46,592 nucleotides of DNA, taken from NCBI GenBank assembly GCA_029564175.1, contig JAKQQL010000187.1, positions 1-46,592 of the forward strand, given 5' to 3'. The DNA is from Candidatus Cloacimonadota bacterium. GTDB taxonomy: Bacteria > Cloacimonadota > Cloacimonadia > Cloacimonadales > WRIO01. Position numbers and translations under genes: made by a program. Under the pieces are notes generated by a model that saw only the letters and a list, made by a program, of their open reading frames with translations, searched no databases and was not told the origin of the DNA. Below, piece by piece: positions 1-9,500 of the stretch. Every line of letters starts with the position of its first letter. The stretch's first letter is position 1.

Positions 1-142
1 TAAACTTCAAAAAGAAAAGAAATGGTTGTTATTTTACGATGTCAATTTCTGAAAAATTGCTGTTTTTGAAGTGCTGAACCACTTTTTTTTGCCTTTTTCC
101 AGGAAAGCCTACTAATAGAACAGTTTTGTTTGGACAGTCTCT

Positions 143-562
143 TTAGGGATTTACTTTCCAGATTTGCTTTGCATACTCCAGATACAAGGGTAAGGCTGCT
201 GAACCATACCATTCATAATAATCAGCACGAAGGAAATCTGCCTTTATTGCAGGGTCATTTTGTGTTAGTTTTTCTGCTTCAGAAACGGATTCTGTATTGA
301 AAATAAAAATCCCTCGATACTTATTTGGATTTTTATGCATTGGTCCAGCAACTATTAGTTTACCTTCTTCTTCCAGTTTCTGAATATTATCCATATGCCC
401 TTTAAAACATTGATTTTGGAAAGTTTTGTCCTGACTTTGATTATCTCCGCTTTTTAAAATTACGAGAATGTATCTCTTCATACCATATTCATCTGCACCA
501 GTCTTTTCGGCTAAATCCGCATTGTAATTGGGATTTGTTATCATATGATCGTCCATTATCAC
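143..562 (-). CDS. YciI-family protein
   Basis: HMDNI..LEEEGKLIVAGP..RGIFIF..DPAIK motif typical of YciI; RBS AAGGAG upstream of GTG. Confidence 0.8.
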   Translation of the reverse strand: MIMDDHMITNPNYNADLAEKTGADEYGMKRYILVILKSGDNQSQDKTFQNQCFKGHMDNIQKLEEEGKLIVAGPMHKNPNKYRGIFIFNTESVSEAEKLTQNDPAIKADFLRADYYEWYGSAALPLYLEYAKQIWKVNP

Positions 563-798
563 TTCTCCTTCTAATGATAATATAACAATAAATGTAGAAA
601 ATGGTTTGAAAAGATTATTCTTTATCCATCTGTTAATAAAAGAGTAAAGTTTTAACTTAGAGTAGTCTGTTATTAGTAATGATCAATCAAAAAAAGCGTT
701 TTCTACACAATAGAAAAGATATTCATCTGATTATACAAGAGAATAAAAGACAATAATGAAAAAAAGATTTGACAAATTTCTATCGTAAATTAAAAAAG

Positions 799-812
799 AG
801 AACGGAGGTTCT
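799..812. promoter_or_regulatory. Palindromic operator AGAAC-GGAG-GTTCT overlapping the TetR RBS
   Basis: Dyad downstream of TTGACA (769-774); inverted near-copy at 1439-1455. Confidence 0.55.
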
Positions 813-815
813 TTA

Positions 816-1397
816 ATGCAGAGATTAAAAGATGAGATTAAAAAAGCGATATTGGAAAATGCAGAAAAGCTGTTTTTGGATAAGGGGTATGAGGGCTGTT
901 CGATGAGAGATCTGGCAGCCACGATTCCGATGAGTGTCAGTAATCTGTATAAGTATTTTCCTGATAAGTTCACCTTGTACAAGCATTTTGTCTTTCCTCA
1001 TTACGATTTGTTTCTCAATCGAATTGATGGCTTTATGAAAGAAGAAAATGATGGTAATTATTCTGAAGAAAATATCAGTTATGTGTCTGAAAATCTGTTT
1101 AGACGACTGTTGGTATTCAGAACCTCTTTTCTGTTACTGATGGAGAATACAAATGTCCCGCAATATGGAGATTTCAAAGAGAAATTATGTGACAAAATGA
1201 CCAGACATATCATTGAAGGAACCAAAGCTGACAGTGGTTTTGACCCTTTTCTGATAAAAGTGATTGTTCAAAATATGTGGGATGGTTTGTATTATATCTT
1301 TAAGGCTGAAAATGAAGAGAAAGTCTATGAAAGTAGGGTCAAGCACTTTATTACCTATCATTTTAAGGGTTTATCCCTGTTTCATGATATAGATTAA
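816..1397 (+). CDS. TetR/AcrR family transcriptional regulator
   Basis: N-terminal ILENAEKLFLDKGYEGCSMRDLA..MSVSNLYKYFPDK HTH. Confidence 0.92.
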   Translation: MQRLKDEIKKAILENAEKLFLDKGYEGCSMRDLAATIPMSVSNLYKYFPDKFTLYKHFVFPHYDLFLNRIDGFMKEENDGNYSEENISYVSENLFRRLLVFRTSFLLLMENTNVPQYGDFKEKLCDKMTRHIIEGTKADSGFDPFLIKVIVQNMWDGLYYIFKAENEEKVYESRVKHFITYHFKGLSLFHDID

Positions 1398-1438
1398 AAA
1401 ATGAAAATAGTATTAGAAAAAACAAATCAATAAAAAAA

Positions 1439-1452
1439 CGAACAAACGTTCT
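1439..1452. promoter_or_regulatory. Operator-like dyad GAAC-AAAC-GTTC upstream of the aminotransferase
   Basis: Reverse complement AAGAGAACGtttGTTCgTTT matches AAGAGAACGgagGTTCtTT before tetR. Confidence 0.55.
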
Positions 1453-1467
1453 CTTAAAGGAGGAGAA

Positions 1468-2688
1468 ATGGAAATTACACACTTACTGTCAAAACAACAT
1501 CTGAATATGAAGCGTTCTGAGATTCGTGAATTGTTAAAACTGACTACCAACCCTGAATTGATTTCATTTGCAGGCGGGTTGCCTGATCCTGCGTTGTTTC
1601 CTGTTGAGAAAATCAAAGAAATTAGCCAGGAAGTTTATGATGAGGATGCGATTAATGCCTTACAGTATGGTACCAGTGAAGGAGATCTGTTACTGAGAGA
1701 AATGCTTTTACAACGTTACCGAAAATTGGGTTTTAAGATTGATATGGATCATATTATTATCGTAAGCGGTTCGCAACAGGCATTGGATTTGACCGGAAAG
1801 TTGTTTGTTAATCCAGGAGACAGAATTGTTTGTGAAGCGCCGTCTTATTTGGGCTCATTAGGTGCATTTTTGTCTTATGGTGCAGAGATAGAAGATATAC
1901 CGCTTGATGATGAGGGGATTGATATTGATGCTTTAAAAACGAGATATTTTAAGCTTAAAGACAATGGAGAGATGATCAAGTTTCTGTACATGATTCCAGA
2001 TTTTCAGAATCCATCCGGGATACACATGAGTTTAAAAAGACGTCAGCAGATAATGGAATTTTCAGAACAGGAAAATATTTTAATCATTGAAGACAGCCCT
2101 TATAGAGAATTCAATTTTGACGAAGCCTATCATCCTTCTTTTTTTGAAATGAGTCAGACTGAAAATGTTGTACATTTAGGAACTTTTTCCAAGATATTTA
2201 TGCCAGGATTAAGAATTGGATGGATAATCGCTCCCCATCATATCAATGACCGCTATGTAATCGGCAGGCAGAATACCGATTTGTGTACATCTCCGCTTAC
2301 CCAAAAAATTGCTGCCCGTTTTATGCAGAAGGGATTTTTGGATGAGTATCTGGAAAACGTAAAAAGAGAATACAAGATCAAAAGAGACGAAATGTTGAAA
2401 GATTTCGGAGCATACTTCCCTGAAGAAATCAGCTGGAATAAGCCAAATGGCGGGTTATTTTTATTTATTCAATTCCCTGATTATATAGATTCGAGAGAAT
2501 TGTTGAAAAAGGCAATAGAAAGAAATGTTGCATTTGTGCCAGGAACCCCTTTCTTTGTGAAAGGAAAAGGGAAATCTTTTGCCAGAATTAACTTCTCTTA
2601 TTCCAGTATTGAGAAAAACAGAGAAGGTGTCAGACGACTGGGTGAATTAATCAAGGAAGAAATCAAAAATCGGAAACATTGTAACTGA
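1468..2688 (+). CDS. PLP-dependent class I aminotransferase (LysN/ARO8-like, 2-aminoadipate/aromatic)
   Basis: ISFAGGLPDP, PDFQNPSG, IEDSPY, GTFSK(PLP Lys)IFMPGLRIGW; RBS AGGAGG. Confidence 0.9.
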   Translation: MEITHLLSKQHLNMKRSEIRELLKLTTNPELISFAGGLPDPALFPVEKIKEISQEVYDEDAINALQYGTSEGDLLLREMLLQRYRKLGFKIDMDHIIIVSGSQQALDLTGKLFVNPGDRIVCEAPSYLGSLGAFLSYGAEIEDIPLDDEGIDIDALKTRYFKLKDNGEMIKFLYMIPDFQNPSGIHMSLKRRQQIMEFSEQENILIIEDSPYREFNFDEAYHPSFFEMSQTENVVHLGTFSKIFMPGLRIGWIIAPHHINDRYVIGRQNTDLCTSPLTQKIAARFMQKGFLDEYLENVKREYKIKRDEMLKDFGAYFPEEISWNKPNGGLFLFIQFPDYIDSRELLKKAIERNVAFVPGTPFFVKGKGKSFARINFSYSSIEKNREGVRRLGELIKEEIKNRKHCN

Positions 2689-2735
2689 GTTTACAAGGGA
2701 TATCTGAAATGTAAAGTCGTATTCCCATTCAATAG

Positions 2736-2866
2736 AGAGTCTGTGCAAAACTCTAAATTTTGGAAGAATAACCTAATGGTAGTCAGTGGTGAAGCCACTG
2801 GTATATCGTATGACTAGAATCAGGCACCGTAGGTGCAACCAAAAAAAGTATTTTTGCACAGATTCT
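2736..2866. mobile_element. 131-bp MITE-like element with 15-bp terminal inverted repeats
   Basis: AGAGTCTGTGCAAAA (2736-2750) / TTTTGCACAGATTCT (2852-2866), 1 mismatch; internal hairpins CAGTGGTGAAGCCACTG and GCACCGTAGGTGC; related end at 15673-15687. Confidence 0.6.
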
Positions 2867-2881
2867 GGAGGAATGGCACAG

Positions 2882-2905
2882 GTAGAGACGCGATTAATCG
2901 CGTCT
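2882..2905 (+). repeat. GTAG-type REP palindrome
   Basis: GTAG followed by perfect 20-bp palindrome AGACGCGATTAATCGCGTCT. Confidence 0.75.
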
Positions 2906-2970
2906 GTGACGGGTTAGTATTAGCCTTACATCCGCATACTTCATAATAGAAATGGCTTTTATCGCCTTTC

Positions 2971-2998
2971 TGCAAGCAAGATGCTCGCAGTACGAGAT
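2971..2998 (-). repeat. REP element (GTAC/GTAG-GCAAGC family)
   Basis: TGCAAGCAAGATGCTCGCAGTACGAGAT, near-identical to 43587-43614. Confidence 0.7.
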
Positions 2999-3029
2999 CG
3001 GATGAACGGTGCTAATTGAAACACTTAAT

Positions 3030-3088
3030 CTAAGCGTTTCAACGCTTGGATTATCCCGACAAACAAATCATTATCTTAATGATATCAT
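3030..3088 (+). repeat. Dispersed degenerate repeat, copy 1
   Basis: CTAAGCGTTTCAACGCTT...AAACAAATCATTATCTTAATGATATCAT, similar to 11720-11783. Confidence 0.6.
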
Positions 3089-3326
3089 CGTTAAACCCTG
3101 CATTGATGTTCTGTTGATCCTTCAGAATTCTTTTCTGTAACTTTCAATTTTCTGTGATTGATTAGAAAAGTAAGTGTTTACCTTGATGGAAAATTTCTCA
3201 TTTATTTCTGCTGATTTTCAGAAAACCCCTCATTTTTAAAATGATTCAGACTAAGGATATTGAGCCTTACTTATATTCGCTTTTATATAATACTCCCTCA
3301 GAGAAGTAATAAAATGGGTTTATTCC

Positions 3327-4022
3327 CTATTTAAAATATTTATTGGAATATTGCAATCCGATAGAAGAGATTAGCACATCATAGTTTGATACATATTCTG
3401 GTGAAATAGCAAAGGACATACCTGTCTGAGATGTTATCTTTAGATTTTCAAAACCAAAAGATATGGTGAAGGCAGGTTCAAAAAAGAGAGCCTGTCTTGG
3501 TTCATGATCATGGTATTTCGGATAGGCTACAGATTGTAGATTCAGATAGCTGAGTCTTCCTGCCAGGCTGGCTTGAAAATATTTTTTCCTGAAGCCCAAA
3601 TCCGACTGTAAGAAAAGCTTATGATAGGGACCTTTTACCCGATCAAATTTGTGATGATCATCTTCGTCAATCATATAATTATCTACATGATACAGACCAT
3701 AACCCATATAATTTTCAAATACAAATTGATTGTTTTTAACTTTAAATGGATGATATAATCCAATAGCAGATTCCAGCATTGAAGAATTTATCATTTCATC
3801 ATTATCTCTGCTTACCTGACTAAAATTGATAAAACCGGCATACTTATCGGTAAATGCATATGAAGCGCTGACATCAGCTGTTGTTATTCCTGTTTTGACA
3901 GACAGCGTATAGTCATTTTTTTCAATTGGTAAAGGGGTCGTAATTGTTGAGGGGATATATACAGTTGTGCAACCAGTAAATACCAGTCCTATCAAAAATG
4001 CAAACTTAAAAATTCTCATCAT
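3327..4022 (-). CDS. Putative outer-membrane lipoprotein (beta-strand rich), hypothetical
   Basis: Signal peptide ending in lipobox-like FTGC; alternating aromatic beta-strands; RBS AGGAG. Confidence 0.7.
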   Translation of the reverse strand: MMRIFKFAFLIGLVFTGCTTVYIPSTITTPLPIEKNDYTLSVKTGITTADVSASYAFTDKYAGFINFSQVSRDNDEMINSSMLESAIGLYHPFKVKNNQFVFENYMGYGLYHVDNYMIDEDDHHKFDRVKGPYHKLFLQSDLGFRKKYFQASLAGRLSYLNLQSVAYPKYHDHEPRQALFFEPAFTISFGFENLKITSQTGMSFAISPEYVSNYDVLISSIGLQYSNKYFK

Positions 4023-4036
4023 TTCTCCTATATTTA

Positions 4037-6463
4037 TTATTTCAATATCATCAGTTTATTCACAGCCTGTTTCCTGCCATCTATGCTGAGTTGATAGAGA
4101 TAGACGCCTGTAGGTAATGGTTTAAAATGCTCATCCTGCGCATTCCAGATGATGGAATAGGCATTGGAATTGTATTGAGCAGTGTCTTTTGCAGAAAGTC
4201 CGGCAGATTTTGCGATATCTGCTATATTCTGAGAGGTTCTGAGACTTCTCACCTTCTGACCTTTGATATTATAGATGTTGATTTCTGCAGATTCTCTGAC
4301 CTTTTCCGGAGTGTAAAATTCAAAAATGGTGTATGGATTCGATCCTCTGCTGCCGGCACCGGTATATATCGGGTTTGGATAATTACGGAGTATCACTTTC
4401 TTTAGTGCCGTATGGATCTCTTCATCTCCGGCATTGGCATTGTATTCATAGCATCCCATATCAATCCGGTTTCCGTACATTCTTGGATTACCTGCCAGAT
4501 CTGTCGGGGGAAGATGATACCCCAGCGTGTCAGGCGTACCGCTATTGATACAGGGGGAGTTGGCGCTCAAGCGGTAATAGGATGGCAGAGAAGGATCACC
4601 GCCAACAAAGAGAGGATCTCTGTCAATATTGTGATCCCCCCAGTTTAACACGGAAGAATCTTCGTTTAAAAACTGAATGAGATCTGAGCCTCCTCTGAGC
4701 AGAGAATAATCAATACGAAAAGGACTGCCTGAGTTGACAGGATCATGTATTATCACTTCTTTATCCAGCTCCGGATTATAGAGGATGCAATTATTTAATT
4801 CTATCTTTCCTCCTGTTGATAAAGCCCACCAGGTCAGGTGATTATTGGCGATGGTCACATTGGTCAGACGATGGGGGATTGGTCTGGAATTGCTGATATT
4901 CATTACAGCACCAAACATATAGCCCTGATTACAGTCATTGTTGATAATCAGTGAATTTGTCATCGTTAAAGGCATATCACCTTCAAGGATGGAATCATTT
5001 TGAAACTGAAAAACGCCATATTCATGAGAAGCGGTATTGGACATGATCAGGTTGTTGATAATGGTATTCGTTGAGCTGATATTCATGCAGGCAATTCCCC
5101 CTCCTTCATCATCGAGAGATGAAAGACTATCCAGAAGTACATTATTAATCAACAGGTTTTTTGTGTCATAGCAAGCTATTCCTGCAGTAACACTGTAAAA
5201 AGCCTGGCAGTTTCTGGCAATGATATCTTCCAATGTGATATTTTCTGAGTTTATCATAACCATACAGCTGATTCCACGAAGATTAATATTGTAATACTTT
5301 AAATTTTTTAAAGATATATTTTTGGATCCCAATACCTGAAATGTCGCATTATATTGTAGAGATTCACAGTTTTGAAAGGTGACATTTTCTACCCTGATGT
5401 TCTGTTGTTTGTGTATAGTTAAAAATTTTGAATACCCCACATTATCCAAAATACTATTGCCTGTTGTTGAACCAATTAAAGCAGTATGGCTTTTTAAGGC
5501 AAGGGGAAATTTTTGATACTCATTATCACGGTAATAGGTGCCGGATGCCAGATAGATGGTTTTCGGATTGAGCGAATCCGATTCGATGAGATGAGTGGCA
5601 AAAGCGATGCTCCGTAAAGGCTGAGCCGGACTTAATCCGGAATTCTGGTCAGACCCGTCTGGGGCAACGAAGAGGTCATGATTGACTGTCTGTAGATAAG
5701 CCTGTTGGATGTTCACTGATATGTCTGGGACCGGAAGTCCCAAATCATTCCCCTGAATAATAAAGTATTGATCCGGATCAGTCATTACGACACTGCCTTT
5801 GTCCAGAAAAACATCACCCTGCTGGTCACAATTCATGATGACGATATCGGCGCCAAGTCCGTAATTTTTATAGATTGAGTTTCTCTCTGTCTGATTGAAG
5901 TTGATACTTGCATAGTACATATGTATCCCTCCACCCATTGCAGAACTATTGTTATCAAATATTTTAGTATTTTTCATGTTAATCACAACATTCATAAAAA
6001 GATTAATGCCTGCACCTTCAGAAGCAAAACAATTTTTTATGATGCAATCAGATAAGTTGAGAGTGCAATTTTCAGTAATTAATATCCCTCCACCTAATTC
6101 TTTGTTATAAACAATTGACCCTTTTCCATTCACAAGGGTAAAACCAGACAAAGACACATTGCTTTCATTCCCTATAATCTTTACACATGATGCTAAATTT
6201 CTGCCATCAATAATGGTCTGATCAATATAGTGACTTTGATGGGTGGATTGATAGAGGCTGGCGATACTGATATTTTTACTGTTATAGTCGATATTTTCCT
6301 GATAAGTGCCGGGATATACCAGGATTGAGTCCCCGTTATTCGAGGCATTGATGGCTGATTGAATACTGGTATAAGGTTTCGAACCGTCCAGGGCAACCTC
6401 TAAAGTCAGGGCTGACAAGAGCGTAAAGGAGAGGAAGAAGAGGTTAAATAATGTATTTTTCAT
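4037..6463 (-). CDS. Secreted right-handed beta-helix protein (DUF1565/pectin-lyase-like, choice-of-anchor Q) with FlgD/T9SS-type C-terminal domain
   Basis: Signal peptide; YTSIQSAIN..GDSILVYPGTYQENI; LFVAPDGSDQNSG; LSANSPCINSG..DLAGNPR..IDMGCYE; NYPNP..IYNIKGQKV..GVYLYQL..KLMILK. Confidence 0.85.
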   Translation of the reverse strand: MKNTLFNLFFLSFTLLSALTLEVALDGSKPYTSIQSAINASNNGDSILVYPGTYQENIDYNSKNISIASLYQSTHQSHYIDQTIIDGRNLASCVKIIGNESNVSLSGFTLVNGKGSIVYNKELGGGILITENCTLNLSDCIIKNCFASEGAGINLFMNVVINMKNTKIFDNNSSAMGGGIHMYYASINFNQTERNSIYKNYGLGADIVIMNCDQQGDVFLDKGSVVMTDPDQYFIIQGNDLGLPVPDISVNIQQAYLQTVNHDLFVAPDGSDQNSGLSPAQPLRSIAFATHLIESDSLNPKTIYLASGTYYRDNEYQKFPLALKSHTALIGSTTGNSILDNVGYSKFLTIHKQQNIRVENVTFQNCESLQYNATFQVLGSKNISLKNLKYYNINLRGISCMVMINSENITLEDIIARNCQAFYSVTAGIACYDTKNLLINNVLLDSLSSLDDEGGGIACMNISSTNTIINNLIMSNTASHEYGVFQFQNDSILEGDMPLTMTNSLIINNDCNQGYMFGAVMNISNSRPIPHRLTNVTIANNHLTWWALSTGGKIELNNCILYNPELDKEVIIHDPVNSGSPFRIDYSLLRGGSDLIQFLNEDSSVLNWGDHNIDRDPLFVGGDPSLPSYYRLSANSPCINSGTPDTLGYHLPPTDLAGNPRMYGNRIDMGCYEYNANAGDEEIHTALKKVILRNYPNPIYTGAGSRGSNPYTIFEFYTPEKVRESAEINIYNIKGQKVRSLRTSQNIADIAKSAGLSAKDTAQYNSNAYSIIWNAQDEHFKPLPTGVYLYQLSIDGRKQAVNKLMILK

Positions 6464-6532
6464 GTTAAGCTTCTTTCAATATTTTATTTTAAAAAAACAT
6501 ATGGTTTCATTTTTGTCAAATGCTTTCTTAGG

Positions 6533-6558
6533 AAAAAAGGGCAGTCAAAAGACTGCCC
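6533..6558 (-). terminator. Intrinsic terminator of the 1416-aa gene
   Basis: GGGCAGTC-TTTT-GACTGCCC followed by T6 on the minus strand. Confidence 0.8.
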
Positions 6559-6568
6559 AAATTTTTTA

Positions 6569-9500
6569 TTATTTAATCAGCATCATCTTGTGAGTATAAT
6601 TTTTACCCTCTGCTGACATCCTCAGGAAGTAAATACCACTGGCACAGGTATTACCGGAGGAATCTCTGCCCTGCCAGGTGATTTGGTGATCTCCTGACTT
6701 GACAACTTCGTTCAGAAGTGTTTTCACTTTCTGACCCTTGATATTGAATATATCCAAACTGACCATTGTCTCTTTTTGAATGGAATAATTAATGCTTGTC
6801 GAAGGATTGAATGGATTTGGATAGTTACCTGCAATACCTGTTTTGATTACAGGAATGTTCTCATGACTGTTTGTCAGTTTGACCTGATGTACAAAATGAT
6901 TGTCTGCAAAATTTAACTGTTTATTTGTGTAAGTCTTGCTTTTTTCATTATAGGTATAATAGTTGTTAAATACCTCTGGCATGGACTTGCCGGGTGTATT
7001 AATCACAAACTCAACAACGGCAGAATTCCAATCCAGCGTATCGCCAATGACATAGGCATTGATCTGAACCAGAGAGTCCTGAATAACGGCAGCGCCTTTG
7101 CAGATGCCATTAACAAAGAGTCCAATTTCAGATTCTGTTGATTTTGCCATATTATCAACCTGCACCAAAACGGGTAAATAGTCTGTATCTTCCTCATAAA
7201 CAAAGGTCTTTGCCAATGTTCTGCTTTTTGGATCCTGAGGGAATCCATTATCGCCAAGAGTAAAGGTACAAGTCTGAGTACAATGTACCATCAACAGATC
7301 ACCATAGTTGAGTACCCACTCTTTTCCTCCAGATGCCTGACTTGACCAGTTGCCATTGGCATCTTTGACGCTTGTCCAGTGTCTTGTTTTGATGACATCA
7401 ATTTTATCCAAAACAGGCGCAAAGGCATCCCAGGGGCTCATACTCTCTTTCAGATAGTAACCTACCCAATTGTATTTTTGTTCTTCATTGATAAGCGGAT
7501 TACCGATCAAGGTTGGATTCACATAGAGCGTCAGATTGTGGTCTGCTTCCAGATTCTGCCCGGAGACTTCTAAAGGCATGGCTTGATTCATGCGTATCTT
7601 ATAACCCTGCCATCTGTTAATGGTATGTGTTAAAGGTGTCCAATATCCATCGAACCTGTTAATACTTATTTTTGGTGGATTCAAAGACAATGGATACCAG
7701 TACATTTCGGTTAAATAATAACTAGATATCAAGCTTGAATAATTTCTGTTGGCTAAAACATTCAGAGCCTGGCTGGCATTGTTTGTCAGCATATTAACCG
7801 CCGGGAAGGATACCCAGTTGATGCCATTGTTTTCACTGACGAGGTTGTGTCTGATCTGAGCATGCGGAGAAACATCCATCGCACCAACATTCAATCTTGA
7901 TGCATCATTATCACAATCCCATCCATCGATATTCCAGAGTTTATTATCTCCATTCAAATCCGGATCGCCTGCATCAATACAGGGAGAGAACTGAGTGGAG
8001 TTCCATATTGGTCTGAAAGTGACCGGATCAAGCATCAGGTTAATATTTGTTTTTTCAGTTGAATTGCAACTAATTCCATCTTGCATAGGGATTGACACAT
8101 CTGAAAAGAAATTATATTGGTGAGTAATGGTATACTTTTCATAATAATTGTTATCAATACCGCAGGCATATCCCATAAAGGCGTTATTGATGATTTTGCA
8201 ATTAGATTGGATATTTTGAATTGTTTTGTAAGTACTTATTGCAGATACATTATTTAGGCCTTTAAAGGTATTGTTTATGATTTTTAAATCAGGCACATCT
8301 TTTGACCAAATCGTATAATGTCCATCTCCAACATTAGGATCATCAGCTGTATCAACAAAGATATTGTTGTTAATTGTAACTTTTTGATTGTTATCTAAAT
8401 AAATATTTCTGCCATTAAAATCATTAAGACTTGTCGAAAATTCTAATCGATTGTTATCAAATCTGTTGTTTGAAATTTCATAGTTAAAAATTCCTTCCAG
8501 ATATACAGCTCCCCCACGGTTTGCATAATTACCTGTAAATTGATTGTTTTTTATTGTGGTCAAATAGATGAAATCACCTAAGTCGCAAGATGCTGTCAGA
8601 AATAAAGCGCCACCTGTTTTCCAGTTATTGACTGATCCGGTATGTTTGTTGTTAAGAAATTCACAACCAATAATGAATAAATTTGAATTTGCAATAATTG
8701 CTCCATTATTAAAATTGTGGAATTTACAATTATTAAATTTTATTGGAGAGGTTGTATTAGGTGAATCTGATAATACAGCAGATGATAAATGTCCATCACC
8801 TTTAAAATGAATATTTCTAAGTTCTAACTTAAAGCCCATGTCATCATTAAAAATGTTTACAATAGAAGGAGCCTCTGCATTAAATACCGGCAATCCGTTG
8901 TAACCTTCAATAGTCAGGTTTTTTGAACCCATTCCGCTGATATCAAGAGTATTCGTATAAACCTGATTATTTGATTTTGGAGCAATTTTGATGGTAATAT
9001 TTGCTAAAGCTGATGTTCTAGCAAAATTCAAAGCCTGTTCAATTGTAATACCATTTGATTCAGTTACAAGAATGGTATTGCTGTTATTGATTAACATAAC
9101 TAATGTAGGTACACTAACACTCTGATACCCAAGATTTGCAGGAACAGTAGCAATGTTAAAAGGGTCACAATTAGACTGGTAATATGAATAGTTAGCATAG
9201 CCGCTTTTATATGTTGTTATATCGTAATTCCCTGGTGTTACTGAGAGACTGTAATGACCATTTTGATCTGTAGATGTCGAATAAGTCTTATTTACCGGGT
9301 ATCCCATTGTCGTAAATGAAACGGATGCTCCCTGTAAAGGCAGACCATTCATGTCTCTGACATATCCCTGGGCAATGTATGTAGTCATGTTTTGAGGGCT
9401 AAATTCTTCCTTTTCTGCTACCCAGTTTAGCAAATTAGCAGTAGCTTGAATGGCAACCGGCATACAAACATCCTGAATCTTTTGGTATTTCACACTATTT

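Noticed and set aside
563..650. Upstream in-frame extension (signal peptide) of the YciI gene
   Set aside because: Frame is open but lacks a canonical start codon nearby; a good RBS precedes GTG 562
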